From: Tubulanus polymorphus
Lineage: Eukaryota; Animalia; Nemertea
NCBI RefSeq assembly: GCF_964204645.1
Contig: NC_134028.1
Location: 17,119,653-17,183,652, forward strand
DNA: 64,000 bases
Direction of reading: 5' to 3'
Shown: positions 41,201 to 54,200 of the stretch, one piece after another
Layout of the letters: the number at the start of each line of letters is the position of its first letter
How positions within the stretch are numbered: position 1 is the stretch's first letter
The notes under the pieces: generated by a model
Told to the model about the DNA's origin: nothing
The model's database searches: none
The model's input: only the letters and a program-made list of their open reading frames with translations
Program-made: the position numbers and the translations under genes

Positions 41201-42432
41201 TGGTTTTGTCGCCCGCGACAATTCAATATTTTGGTTTTGTCGCCCGCGACAATTCAATATTTTGGTTTTATCGCCCGCGACAATTCATTACTTTAGTTTT
41301 ATCTCCAGCGACAATTCATTATTTTGGTTTTGTCGCCAGCGACAATTCACCATTTTGGTTTTGTCGCCCGCGACAATTCACCGATTTGGTTTTGTCACCC
41401 GCGACAATTCATTATTTTGGTTTTATCGCCCGCGACAATTCATTATTTTGGTTTTGTCGCCCCGACAATTCTTTTTTTTGGTTTTGTCGCCCGCGACAAT
41501 TCATTATTTTAGTTTTATCGCCCGCGACAATTCAATATTTTGGTTTTATCACCCGCGACAATTCATTATTTTGGTTTTGTCGCACACGACAATGGCGACA
41601 ATTCAAGATTTTGGTTTTATCGCCCACGACAATTCAATATTTTGGTTTTATCGCCCGCGACAATTCATTATTTTGGTTTTATCGCCCGCGACAATTTTTT
41701 TCTCTTTTTGTCGCGGTTTTATCGCCTGCGACAATTCAATATTTTGGTTTTATCGCCCGCAACAATTCATTATTTTGGTTTTGTATTTTGTTTTTGTCGC
41801 CCGCGACAATTTTTTTTAATGGTTTTGTCGCCCGCGACAATTCAATATTTTAGTTTTATCGACCGCGACAATTCATTATTTTGGTTTTGTCCCCCGTGAC
41901 AATTCACCATTTTGGTTTTGTCGCCCGCGACAATTCACCGTTTTGGTTTTGTCACCCGCGACAATTCATTATTTTGGTTTTATCGCCCGCGACAATTCAT
42001 TATTTTGGTTTTGTCCCCCGCGACAATTCACCATTTTGGTTTTGTCGCCTGGACAATTCACCATTTTGGTTTTGTCGCCCGCGACGATTCATTATTTTGG
42101 TTTTGTCGCCCCCACAATTCTTTTTTTGGTTTTGTCGCCCGCGACAATTCATTAGTTTGGTTTTGTCGCCGGCGACAATTCATTATTTTGGTTTTGTCGA
42201 CCGCGACAATTCTTCTTTTTGGTTTTGTCGCCCGCGACAATTCATTATTTTGGTTTTGTCGCCCGCGACAATTCACCATTTTGGTTTTGTCGCCCGCGAC
42301 AATTCACCATTTTGGTTTTGTCGCCCGCGACAATTCACCGTTTTGGTTTTGTCACCCGCGACAATTCATTATTTTGGTTTTATCGCCCGCGACAATTCAT
42401 TATTTTGGTTTTGTCGCCCGCGACAATTCACC
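29220..42432. repeat. About 6.7-kb duplication (offset 6667, then 6729 after a 2-monomer indel near 32240)
   Basis: ORF pairs 30399/37066 and 31355/38022 (+6667); 32720/39449, 33215/39944, 34477/41206 and 35152/41881 (+6729). Private shared variants are gtcagccgag (33387/40116), gcaacacttc (33301/40030) and ttcaatgg (34191/40920). The left boundary is fuzzy or mosaic. Confidence 0.9.
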
Positions 42433-42464
42433 ATTTTGGTTTTGTCGCCCGCGACAATTCACCG

Positions 42465-45400
42465 TTTTGGTTTTGTCACCCGCGACAATTCATTATTTTG
42501 GTTTTATCGCCCGCGACAATTCATTATTTTGGTTTTGTCGCCAGCGACAATTCACCATTTTGGTTTTGTCGCGCGCGACAATTCACCGTTTTGGTTTTGT
42601 CACCCGCGACAATTCATTATTTTGGTTTTATCGCCCGCGACAATTCATTATTTTGGTTTTATCGCCCGCGACAATTTTTTTCTCTTTTTGTCGCGGTTTT
42701 ATCGCCTGCGACAATTCAATATTTTGGTTTTATCGCCCGCAACAATTCATTATTTTGGTTTTGTATTTTGTTTTTGTCGCCCGCGACAATTTTTTTTAAT
42801 GGTTTTGTCGCCCGCGACAATTCAATATTTTAGTTTTATCGACCGCGACAATTCATTATTTTGGTTTTATCGCCCGCGACAATTCATTATTTTGGTTTTG
42901 TCGCCCCGACAATTCTTTTTTTTGGTTTTGTCGCCGGCGACAATTCATTAGTCTGGTTTTGTCGCCCGCGACAATTCAATATTTTGGTTTTATCACCCGC
43001 GACAATTCATTATTTTGGTTTTGTCGCCCCGACAATTCTTTTTTTTGGTTTTGTCGCCGGCGACAATTCATTAGTCTGGTTTTATCGCCCACGACAATTC
43101 ACTACTTTGGTTTTATCGCCAGCGACAATTCATTATTTTGGTTTTATCGCCCGCGACAATTCATTATTTTGGTTTTGTCGCACACGACAATGGCGACAAT
43201 TCAAGATTTTGGTTTTATCGCCCACGACAATTCAATATTTTGGTTTTATCGCCCGCGACAATTCATTATTTTGGTTTTATCGCCCGCGACAATTTTTTTC
43301 TCTTTTTGTCGCGGTTTTATCGCCTGCGACACTTCAATATTTTGGTTTTATCGCCCGCAACAATTCATTAATTTGGTTTTGTATTTTGTTTTTGTCGCCC
43401 GCGACAATTTTTTTAATGGTTTTGTCGCCCGCGACAATTCAATATTTTGGTTTTATCGCCCGCGACAATTCATTATTTTGGTTTTGTCGCCCGCGACAAT
43501 TCATTATTTTGGTTTTGTCGCCAGCGACAATTCACCATTTTGGTTTTGTCGCGCGCGACAATTCACCGTTTTGGTTTTGTCACCCGCGACAATTCATTAT
43601 TTTTGTTTTATCGCCCGCGACAATTCATTATTTTGGTTTTGTCGCCCGCGACAATTCATTATTTTGGTTTTGTCGCCCCGACAATTCTTTTTTTTGGTTT
43701 TGTCGCCGGCGACAATTCATTAGTCTGGTTTTGTCGCCCACGACAATTCAATATTTTGGTTTTATCGCCCGCGACAATTCATTATTTTGGTTTTATCGCC
43801 CGCGACAATTTTTTTCTCTTTTTGTCGCGGTTTTATCGCCTGCGACACTTCAATATTTTGGTTTTATCGCCCGCAACAATTCATTATTTTGGTTTTATCG
43901 CCCGCGACAATTCATTATTTTGGTTTTATCGCCCGCGACAATTCATTATTTTGGTTTTGTCACCCGAGACAATTCATCATTTTGGTTTTATCGCCCGCGA
44001 CAATTCATTATTTTGGTTTTGTCCCCCGTGACAATTCACCATTTTGGTTTTGTCACCCGCGACAATTCATTATTTTGGTTTTATCGCCCGCGACAATTCA
44101 TTATTTTGGTTTTGTCGCCAGCGACAATTCACCATTTTGGTTTTGTCGCGCGCGACAATTCACCGTTTTGGTTTTGTCACCCGCGACAATTCATTATTTT
44201 GGTTTTATCGCCCGCGACAATTCATTATTTTGGTTTTATCGCCCGCGACAATTTTTTTCTCTTTTTGTCGCGGTTTTATCGCCTGCGACAATTCAATATT
44301 TTGGTTTTATCGCCCGCAACAATTCATTATTTTGGTTTTGTATTTTGTTTTTGTCGCCCGCGACAATTTTTTTTAATGGTTTTGTCGCCCGCGACAATTC
44401 AATATTTTAGTTTTATCGACCGCGACAATTCATTATTTTGGTTTTATCGCCCGCGACAATTCATTATTTTGGTTTTGTCGCCCCGACAATTCTTTTTTTT
44501 GGTTTTGTCGCCGGCGACAATTCATTAGTCTGGTTTTGTCGCCCGCGACAATTCAATATTTTGGTTTTATCACCCGCGACAATTCATTATTTTGGTTTTG
44601 TCGCCCCGACAATTCTTTTTTTTGGTTTTGTCGCCGGCGACAATTCATTAGTCTGGTTTTATCGCCCACGACAATTCACTACTTTGGTTTTATCGCCAGC
44701 GACAATTCATTATTTTGGTTTTATCGCCCGCGACAATTCATTATTTTGGTTTTGTCGCACACGACAATGGCGACAATTCAAGATTTTGGTTTTATCGCCC
44801 ACGACAATTCAATATTTTGGTTTTATCGCCCGCGACAATTCATTATTTTGGTTTTATCGCCCGCGACAATTTTTTTCTCTTTTTGTCGCGGTTTTATCGC
44901 CTGCGACACTTCAATATTTTGGTTTTATCGCCCGCAACAATTCATTAATTTGGTTTTGTATTTTGTTTTTGTCGCCCGCGACAATTTTTTTAATGGTTTT
45001 GTCGCCCGCGACAATTCAATATTTTGGTTTTATCGCCCGCGACAATTCATTATTTTGGTTTTGTCGCCCGCGACAATTCATTATTTTGGTTTTGTCGCCA
45101 GCGACAATTCACCATTTTGGTTTTGTCGCGCGCGACAATTCACCGTTTTGGTTTTGTCACCCGCGACAATTCATTATTTTTGTTTTATCGCCCGCGACAA
45201 TTCATTATTTTGGTTTTGTCGCCCGCGACAATTCATTATTTTGGTTTTGTCGCCCCGACAATTCTTTTTTTTGGTTTTGTCGCCGGCGACAATTCATTAG
45301 TCTGGTTTTGTCGCCCACGACAATTCAATATTTTGGTTTTATCGCCCGCGACAATTCATTATTTTGGTTTTATCGCCCGCGACAATTTTTTTCTCTTTTT

Positions 45401-45631
45401 GTCGCGGTTTTATCGCCTGCGACACTTCAATATTTTGGTTTTATCGCCCGCAACAATTCATTATTTTGGTTTTATCGCCCGCGACAATTCATTATTTTGG
45501 TTTTATCGCCCGCGACAATTCATTATTTTGGTTTTGTCACCCGAGACAATTCATCATTTTGGTTTTATCGCCCGCGACAATTCATTATTTTGGTTTTGTC
45601 CCCCGTGACAATTCACCATTTTGGTTTTGTC
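42465..45631. repeat. Tandem duplication of a 1577-bp block (2 copies)
   Basis: ORF pairs 42861/44438, 42959/44536, 43138/44715, 43447/45024 and 43787/45364 are all +1577; tcacccgc at 42476 corresponds to 44053. Confidence 0.92.
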
Positions 45632-48260
45632 GCCTGGACAATTCACCATTTTGGTTTTGTCGCCCGCGACGATTCATTATTTTGGTTTCGTCGCCCCCAC
45701 AATTCTTTTTTTGGTTTTGTCGCCCGCGACAATTCATTAGTTTGGTTTTTTCGCCGGCGACAATTCATTATTTTGGTTTTGTCGACCGCGACAATTCTTC
45801 TTTTTGGTTTTGTCGCCCGCGACAATTCATTATTTTGGTTTTGTCGCCCGCGACAATTCACCATTTTGGTTTTGTCGCCCACGACAATTCACCATTTTGG
45901 TTTTGTCGCCCGCGACAATTCACCGTTTTGGTTTTGTCACCCGCGACAATTCATTATTTTGGTTTTATCGCCCGCGACAATTCATTATTTTGGTTTTGTC
46001 GCCCGCGACAATTCACCGTTTTGGTTTTGTCTCCCGCGACAATTCATTATTTTGGTTTTGTCGCCAGCGACAATTCACCATTTTGGTTTTGTCGCGCGCG
46101 ACAATTCACCGTTTTGGTTTTGTCACCCGCGACAATTCATTATTTTGGTTTTATCGCCCGCGACAATTCATTATTTTGGTTTTGTCGCCCGCGACAATTC
46201 ATTATTTTGGTTTTGTCGCCCCGACAATTCTTTTTTTTGGTTTTGTCGCCGGCGACAATTCATTAGTCTGGTTTTGTCGCCCACGACAATTCAATATTTT
46301 GGTTTTATCGCCCGCGACAATTCATTATTTTGGTTTTATCGCCCGCGACAATTTTTTTCTCTTTTTGTCGCGGTTTTATCGCCTGCGACACTTCAATATT
46401 TTGGTTTTATCGCCCGCAACAATTCATTATTTTGGTTTTATCGCCCGCGACAATTCATTATTTTGGTTTTATCGCCCGCGACAATTCATTATTTTGGTTT
46501 TGTCACCCGAGACAATTCATCATTTTGGTTTTATCGCCGCCGACAATTCATTATTTTGGTTTTGTCCCCCGTGACAATTCACCATTTTGGTTTTGTCGCC
46601 TGGACAATTCACCATTTTGGTTTTGTCGCCCGCGACGATTCATTATTTTGGTTTTGTCGCCCCCACAATTCTTTTTTTGGTTTTGTCGCCCGCGACAATT
46701 CATTAGTTTGGTTTTGTCGCTTGCGACAATTCATTATTTTGGTTTTGTCGCCCGCGAAAATTCAATATTTTGGTTTTATCGCCCACGACAATTCACTACT
46801 TTGGTTTTATCGCCAGCGACAATTCATTATTTTGGTTTTGTCGACCGCGACAATTCATTATTTTGGTTTTATCGCCCGCGACAATTCATTTTTTGGATTT
46901 GTCGCCCACGACAATTCAATATTTTGGTTTTATGGCCTGCGACAATTCATTATTTTATCAATTCATTTTTTGGATTTGTCGCCCACGACAATTCAATATT
47001 TTGGTTTTATCGCCCGCGACAATTCATTATTTTGGTTTTATCGCCCGCGACAATTCATTATTTTGGTTTTGTCGCACACGACAATGGCGACAATTCAAGA
47101 TTTTGGTTTTATCGCCCACGACAATTCAATATTTTGGTTTTATCGCCCGCGACAATTCATTATTTTGGTTTTATCGCCCGCGACAATTTTTTTCTCTTTT
47201 TGTCGCGGTTTTATCGCCTGCGACACTTCAATATTTTGGTTTTATCGCCCGCAACAATTCATTAATTTGGTTTTGTATTTTGTTTTTGTCGCCCGCGACA
47301 ATTTTTTTAATGGTTTTGTCGCCCGCGACAATTCAATATTTTGGTTTTATCGCCCGCGACAATTCATTATTTTGGTTTTGTCGCCCGCGACAATTCACCA
47401 TTTTGGTTTTGTCACCCACGACAATTCATTATTTTGGTTTTATCGCCGCGACAATTCATTATTTTAGTTTTATCGCCCGCGACAATTCATTATTTTGGTT
47501 TTGTCGCACCGACAATTCTTTTTTTGGTTTTGTCGCCCGCGACAATTCATTAATTTGGTTTTGTCGCCCGCGTTAATTCATTAGTCTGGTTTTGTCGCCC
47601 GCGACAATTCAATATTTTGGTTTTGTCGCCCGCGACAATTCAATATTTTGGTTTTATCGCCCGCGACAATTCATTACTTTAGTTTTATCTCCAGCGACAA
47701 TTCATTATTTTGGTTTTGTCGCCAGCGACAATTCACCATTTTGGTTTTGTCGCCCGCGACAATTCACCGATTTGGTTTTGTCACCCGCGACAATTCATTA
47801 TTTTGGTTTTATCGCCCGCGACAATTCATTATTTTGGTTTTGTCGCCCCGACAATTCTTTTTTTTGGTTTTGTCGCCCGCGACAATTCATTATTTTAGTT
47901 TTATCGCCCGCGACAATTCAATATTTTGGTTTTATCACCCGCGACAATTCATTATTTTGGTTTTGTCGCACACGACAATGGCGACAATTCAAGATTTTGG
48001 TTTTATCGCCCACGACAATTCAATATTTTGGTTTTATCGCCCGCGACAATTCATTATTTTGGTTTTATCGCCCGCGACAATTTTTTTCTCTTTTTGTCGC
48101 GGTTTTATCGCCTGCGACAATTCAATATTTTGGTTTTATCGCCCGCAACAATTCATTATTTTGGTTTTGTATTTTGTTTTTGTCGCCCGCGACAATTTTT
48201 TTTAATGGTTTTGTCGCCCGCGACAATTCAATATTTTAGTTTTATCGACCGCGACAATTC
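45300..48260. repeat. Third, more diverged copy of the block at about 32250-35150 and 38950-41880
   Basis: ORF pairs 39009/45364 (+6355) and 39944/46330, 40384/46770, 41206/47592 (+6386). It shares ggttttttcgcc, gtctcccg and gccgccgac with the other two copies but lacks gtcagccgag, gcaacacttc and ttcaatgg. Confidence 0.85.
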
Positions 48261-51200
48261 ATTATTTTGGTTTTATCGCCCGCGACAATTCATTATTTTG
48301 GTTTTGTCGCCCCGACAATTCTTTTTTTTGGTTTTGTCGCCGGCGACAATTCATTAGTCTGGTTTTGTCGCCCGCGACAATTCAATATTTTGGTTTTATC
48401 ACCCGCGACAATTCATTATTTTGGTTTTGTCGCCCCGACAATTCTTTTTTTTGGTTTTGTCGCCGGCGACAATTCATTAGTCTGGTTTTATCGCCCACGA
48501 CAATTCACTACTTTGGTTTTATCGCCAGCGACAATTCATTATTTTGGTTTTATCGCCCGCGACAATTCATTATTTTGGTTTTGTCGCACACGACAATGGC
48601 GACAATTCAAGATTTTGGTTTTATCGCCCACGACAATTCAATATTTTGGTTTTATCGCCCGCGACAATTCATTATTTTGGTTTTATCGCCCGCGACAATT
48701 TTTTTCTCTTTTTGTCGCGGTTTTATCGCCTGCGACACTTCAATATTTTGGTTTTATCGCCCGCAACAATTCATTAATTTGGTTTTGTATTTTGTTTTTG
48801 TCGCCCGCGACAATTTTTTTAATGGTTTTGTCGCCCGCGACAATTCAATATTTTGGTTTTATCGCCCGCGACAATTCATTATTTTGGTTTTGTCGCCCGC
48901 GACAATTCACCATTTTGGTTTTGTCACCCACGACAATTCATTATTTTGGTTTTATCGCCGCGACAATTCATTATTTTGGTTTTGTCGCCCGCGACAATTC
49001 ATTAGTCTGGTTTTGTCGCCCGCGACAATTCAATATTTTGGTTTTGTCGCCCGCGACAATTCAATATTTTGGTTTTATCGCCCGCGACAATTCATTACTT
49101 TAGATTTATCTCCAGCGACAATTCATTATTTTGGTTTTGTCGCCAGCGACAATTCACCATTTTGGTTTTGTCGCCCGCGACAATTCACCGATTTGGTTTT
49201 GTCACCCGCGACAATTCATTATTTTGGTTTTATCGCCCGCGACAATTCATTATTTTGGTTTTGTCGCCCCCACAATTCTTTTTTTGGTTTTGTCGCCCGC
49301 GACAATTCATTAGTTTGGTTTTGTCGCTTGCGACAATTCATTATTTTGGTTTTGTCGCCCGCGAAAATTCAATATTTTGGTTTAATCGCCCACGACAATT
49401 CACTACTTTGGTTTTATCGCCAGCGACAATTCATTATTTTGGTTTTGTCGACCGCGACAATTCATTATTTTGGTTTTATCGCCCGCGACAATTCATTTTT
49501 TGGATTTGTCGCCCACGACAATTCAATATTTTGGTTTTATTGCCCGCAACAATTCATTAATTTGGTTTTGTATTTTGTTTTTGTCGCCCGCGACAATTTT
49601 TTTAATGGTTTTGTCGCCCGCGACAATTCAATATTTTGGTTTTATCGCCCGCGACAATTCATTATTTTGGTTTTGTCGCCCGCGACAATTCACCATTTTG
49701 GTTTTGTCACCCACGACAATTCATTATTTTGGTTTTATCGCCGCGACAATTCATTATTTTAGTTTTATCGCCCGCGACAATTCATTATTTTGGTTTTGTC
49801 GCACCGACAATTCTTTTTTTGGTTTTGTCGCCCGCGACAATTCATTAATTTGGTTTTGTCGCCCGCGTTAATTCATTAGTCTGGTTTTGTCGCCCGCGAC
49901 AATTCAATATTTTGGTTTTGTCGCCCGCGACAATTCAATATTTTGGTTTTATCGCCCGCGACAATTCATTACTTTAGTTTTATCTCCAGCGACAATTCAT
50001 TATTTTGGTTTTGTCGCCAGCGACAATTCACCATTTTGGTTTTGTCGCCCGCGACAATTCACCGATTTGGTTTTGTCACCCGCGACAATTCATTATTTTG
50101 GTTTTATCGCCCGCGACAATTCATTATTTTGGTTTTGTCGCCCCGACAATTCTTTTTTTTGGTTTTGTCGCCCGCGACAATTCATTATTTTAGTTTTATC
50201 GCCCGCGACAATTCAATATTTTGGTTTTATCAGCCGCGACAATTCATTATTTTAGTTTTATCGCCCGCGACAATTCAATATTTTGGTTTTATCAGCCGCG
50301 ACAATTCATTATTTTAGTTTTATCGCCCGCGACAATTCAATATTTTGGTTTTGTCGCCTGCGACAATTCAATATTTTGGTTTTATCGCCCGCGACAATTC
50401 ATTATTTTGGTTTTATCGCCCGCGACAATTCATTATTTTGGTTTTGTCGCACACGACAATGGCGACAATTCAAGATTTTGGTTTTATCGCCCACGACAAT
50501 TCAATATTTTGGTTTTATCGCCCGCGACAATTTTTTTCTCTTTTTGTCGCGGTTTTATCGCCTGCGACAATTCAATATTTTGGTTTTATCGCCCGCAACA
50601 ATTCATTATTTTGGTTTTGTATTTTGTTTTTGTCGCCCGCGACAATTTTTTTTAATGGTTTTGTCGCCCGCGACAATTCAAGATTTTGGTTTTATCGCCC
50701 GCAACAATTCATTATTTTGGTTTTGTATTTTGTTTTTGTCGCCCGCGACAATTTTTTTTAATGGTTTTGTCGCCCGCGACAATTCAATATTTTAGTTTTA
50801 TCGACCGCGACAATTCATTATTTTGGTTTCATCGCCCGCGACAATTCATTATTTTGGTTTTGTCGCCCCGACAATTCTTTTTTTTGGTTTTGTCGCCGGC
50901 GACAATTCATTAGTCTGGTTTTGTCGCCCGCGACAATTCAATATTTTGGTTTTATCACCCGCGACAATTCATTATTTTGGTTTTGTCGCCCCGACAATTC
51001 TTTTTTTTGGTTTTGTCGCCGGCGACAATTCATTAGTCTGGTTTTATCGCCCACGACAATTCACTACTTTGGTTTTATCGCCAGCGACAATTCATTATTT
51101 TGGTTTTATCGCCCGCGACAATTCATTATTTTGGTTTTGTCGCACACGACAATGGCGACAATTCAAGATTTTGGTTTTATCGCCCACGACAATTCAATAT

Positions 51201-54200
51201 TTTGGTTTTATCGCCCGCGACAATTCATTATTTTGGTTTTATCGCCCGCGACAATTTTTTTCTCTTTTTGTCGCGGTTTTATCGCCTGCGACACTTCAAT
51301 ATTTTGGTTTTATCGCCCGCAACAATTCATTAATTTGGTTTTGTACTTTGTTTTTGTCGCCCGCGACAATTTTTTTAATGGTTTTGTCGCCCGCGACAAT
51401 TCAATATTTTGGTTTTATCGCCCGCGACAATTCATTATTTTTGTTTTGTCGCCTGCGACAATTCACCATTTTAGTTTTGTCACCCGCGACAATTCATTAT
51501 TTTGGTTTTATCGCCGCGACAATTCATTATTTTAGTTTTATCGCCCGCGACAATTCATTATTTTGGTTTTGTCGCACCGACAATTCTTTTTTTGGTTTTG
51601 TCGCCCGCGACAATTCATTAATTTGGTTTTGTCGCCCGCGTTAATTCATTAGTCTGGTTTTGTCGCCCGCGACAATTCAATATTTTGGTTTTGTCGCCCG
51701 CGACAATTCAATATTTTGGTTTTATCGCCCGCGACAATTCATTACTTTAGTTTTATCTCCAGCGACAATTCATTATTTTGGTTTTGTCGCCAGCGACAAT
51801 TCACCATTTTGGTTTTGTCGCCCGCGACAATTCACCGATTTGGTTTTGTCACCCGCGACAATTCATTATTTTGGTTTTATCGCCCGCGACAATTCATTAT
51901 TTTGGTTTTGTCGCCCCGACAATTCTTTTTTTTGGTTTTGTCGCCCGCGACAATTCATTATTTTAGTTTTATCGCCCGCGACAATTCAATATTTTGGTTT
52001 TATCACCCGCGACAATTCATTATTTTAGTTTTATCGCCCGCGACAATTCAATATTTTGGTTTTGTCGCCTGCGACAATTCAATATTTTGGTTTTATCGCC
52101 CGCGACAATTCATTATTTTATCAATTCATTTTTTGGATTTGTCGCCCATGACAATTCAATATTTTGGTTTTATCGCCCGCGACAATTCATTATTTTGGTT
52201 TTATCGCCCGCGACAATTCATTATTTTGGTTTTGTCGCACACGACAATGGCGACAATTCAAGATTTTGGTTTTATCGCCCACGACAATTCAATATTTTGG
52301 TTTTATCGCCCGCGACAATTTTTTTCTCTTTTTGTCGCGGTTTTATCGCCTGCGACAATTCAATATTTTGGTTTTATCGCCCGCAACAATTCATTATTTT
52401 GGTTTTGTATTTTGTTTTTGTCGCCCGCGACAATTTTTTTTAATGGTTTTGTCGCCCGCGACAATTCAATATTTTGGTTTTATCGCCCGCAACAATTCAT
52501 TATTTTGGTTTTGTATTTTGTTTTTGTCGCCCGCGACAATTTTTTTTAATGGTTTTGTCGCCCGCGACAATTCAATATTTTAGTTTTATCGACCGCGACA
52601 ATTCATTATTTTGGTTTTATCGCCCGCGACAATTCATTATTTTGGTTTTGTCGCCCCGACAATTCTTTTTTTTGGTTTTGTCGCCGGCGACAATTCATTA
52701 GTCTGGTTTTGTCGCCCGCGACAATTCAATATTTTGGTTTTATCACCCGCGACAATTCATTATTTTGGTTTTGTCGCCCCGACAATTCTTTTTTTTGGTT
52801 TTGTCGCCGGCGACAATTCATTAGTCTGGTTTTATCGCCCACGACAATTCACTACTTTGGTTTTATCGCCAGCGACAATTCATTATTTTGGTTTTATCGC
52901 CCGCGACAATTCATTATTTTGGTTTTGTCGCACACGACAATGGCGACAATTCAAGATTTTGGTTTTATCGCCCACGACAATTCAATATTTTGGTTTTATC
53001 GCCCGCGACAATTCATTATTTTGGTTTTATCGCCCGCGACAATTTTTTTCTCTTTTTGTCGCGGTTTTATCGCCTGCGACACTTCAATATTTTGGTTTTA
53101 TCGCCCGCAACAATTCATTAATTTGGTTTTGTATTTTGTTTTTGTCGCCCGCGACAATTTTTTTAATGGTTTTGTCGCCCGCGACAATTCAATATTTTGG
53201 TTTTATCGCCCGCGACAATTCATTATTTTTGTTTTGTCGCCTGCGACAATTCACCATTTTGGTTTTGTCACCCGCGACAATTCATTATTTTGGTTTTATC
53301 GCCGCGACAATTCATTATTTTAGTTTTATCGCCCGCGACAATTCATTATTTTGGTTTTGTCGCACCGACAATTCTTTTTTTGTTTTTGTCGCCCGCGACA
53401 ATTTTTTTTAATGGTTTTGTCGCCCGCGACAATTCAAGATTTTGGTTTTATCGCCCGCAACAATTCATTATTTTGGTTTTGTATTTTGTTTTTGTCGCCC
53501 GCGACAATTTTTTTTAATGGTTTTGTCGCCCGCGACAATTCAATATTTTAGTTTTATCGACCGCGACAATTCATTATTTTGGTTTCATCGCCCGCGACAA
53601 TTCATTATTTTGGTTTTGTCGCCCCGACAATTCTTTTTTTTGGTTTTGTCGCCGGCGACAATTCATTAGTCTGGTTTTGTCGCCCGCGACAATTCAATAT
53701 TTTGGTTTTATCACCCGCGACAATTCATTATTTTGGTTTTGTCGCCCCGACAATTCTTTTTTTTGGTTTTGTCGCCGGCGACAATTCATTAGTCTGGTTT
53801 TATCGCCCACGACAATTCACTACTTTGGTTTTATCGCCAGCGACAATTCATTATTTTGGTTTTATCGCCCGCGACAATTCATTATTTTGGTTTTGTCGCA
53901 CACGACAATGGCGACAATTCAAGATTTTGGTTTTATCGCCCACGACAATTCAATATTTTGGTTTTATCGCCCGCGACAATTCATTATTTTGGTTTTATCG
54001 CCCGCGACAATTTTTTTCTCTTTTTGTCGCGGTTTTATCGCCTGCGACACTTCAATATTTTGGTTTTATCGCCCGCAACAATTCATTAATTTGGTTTTGT
54101 ACTTTGTTTTTGTCGCCCGCGACAATTTTTTTAATGGTTTTGTCGCCCGCGACAATTCAATATTTTGGTTTTATCGCCCGCGACAATTCATTATTTTTGT

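Noticed and set aside
4751-45882. Short - strand ORFs (60-79 aa, e.g. MVNCRGRQNQNNELSRATKPK)
   Set aside because: These are reverse translations of runs of variant monomers that happen to lack in-frame stops. They recur only because the blocks are duplicated.
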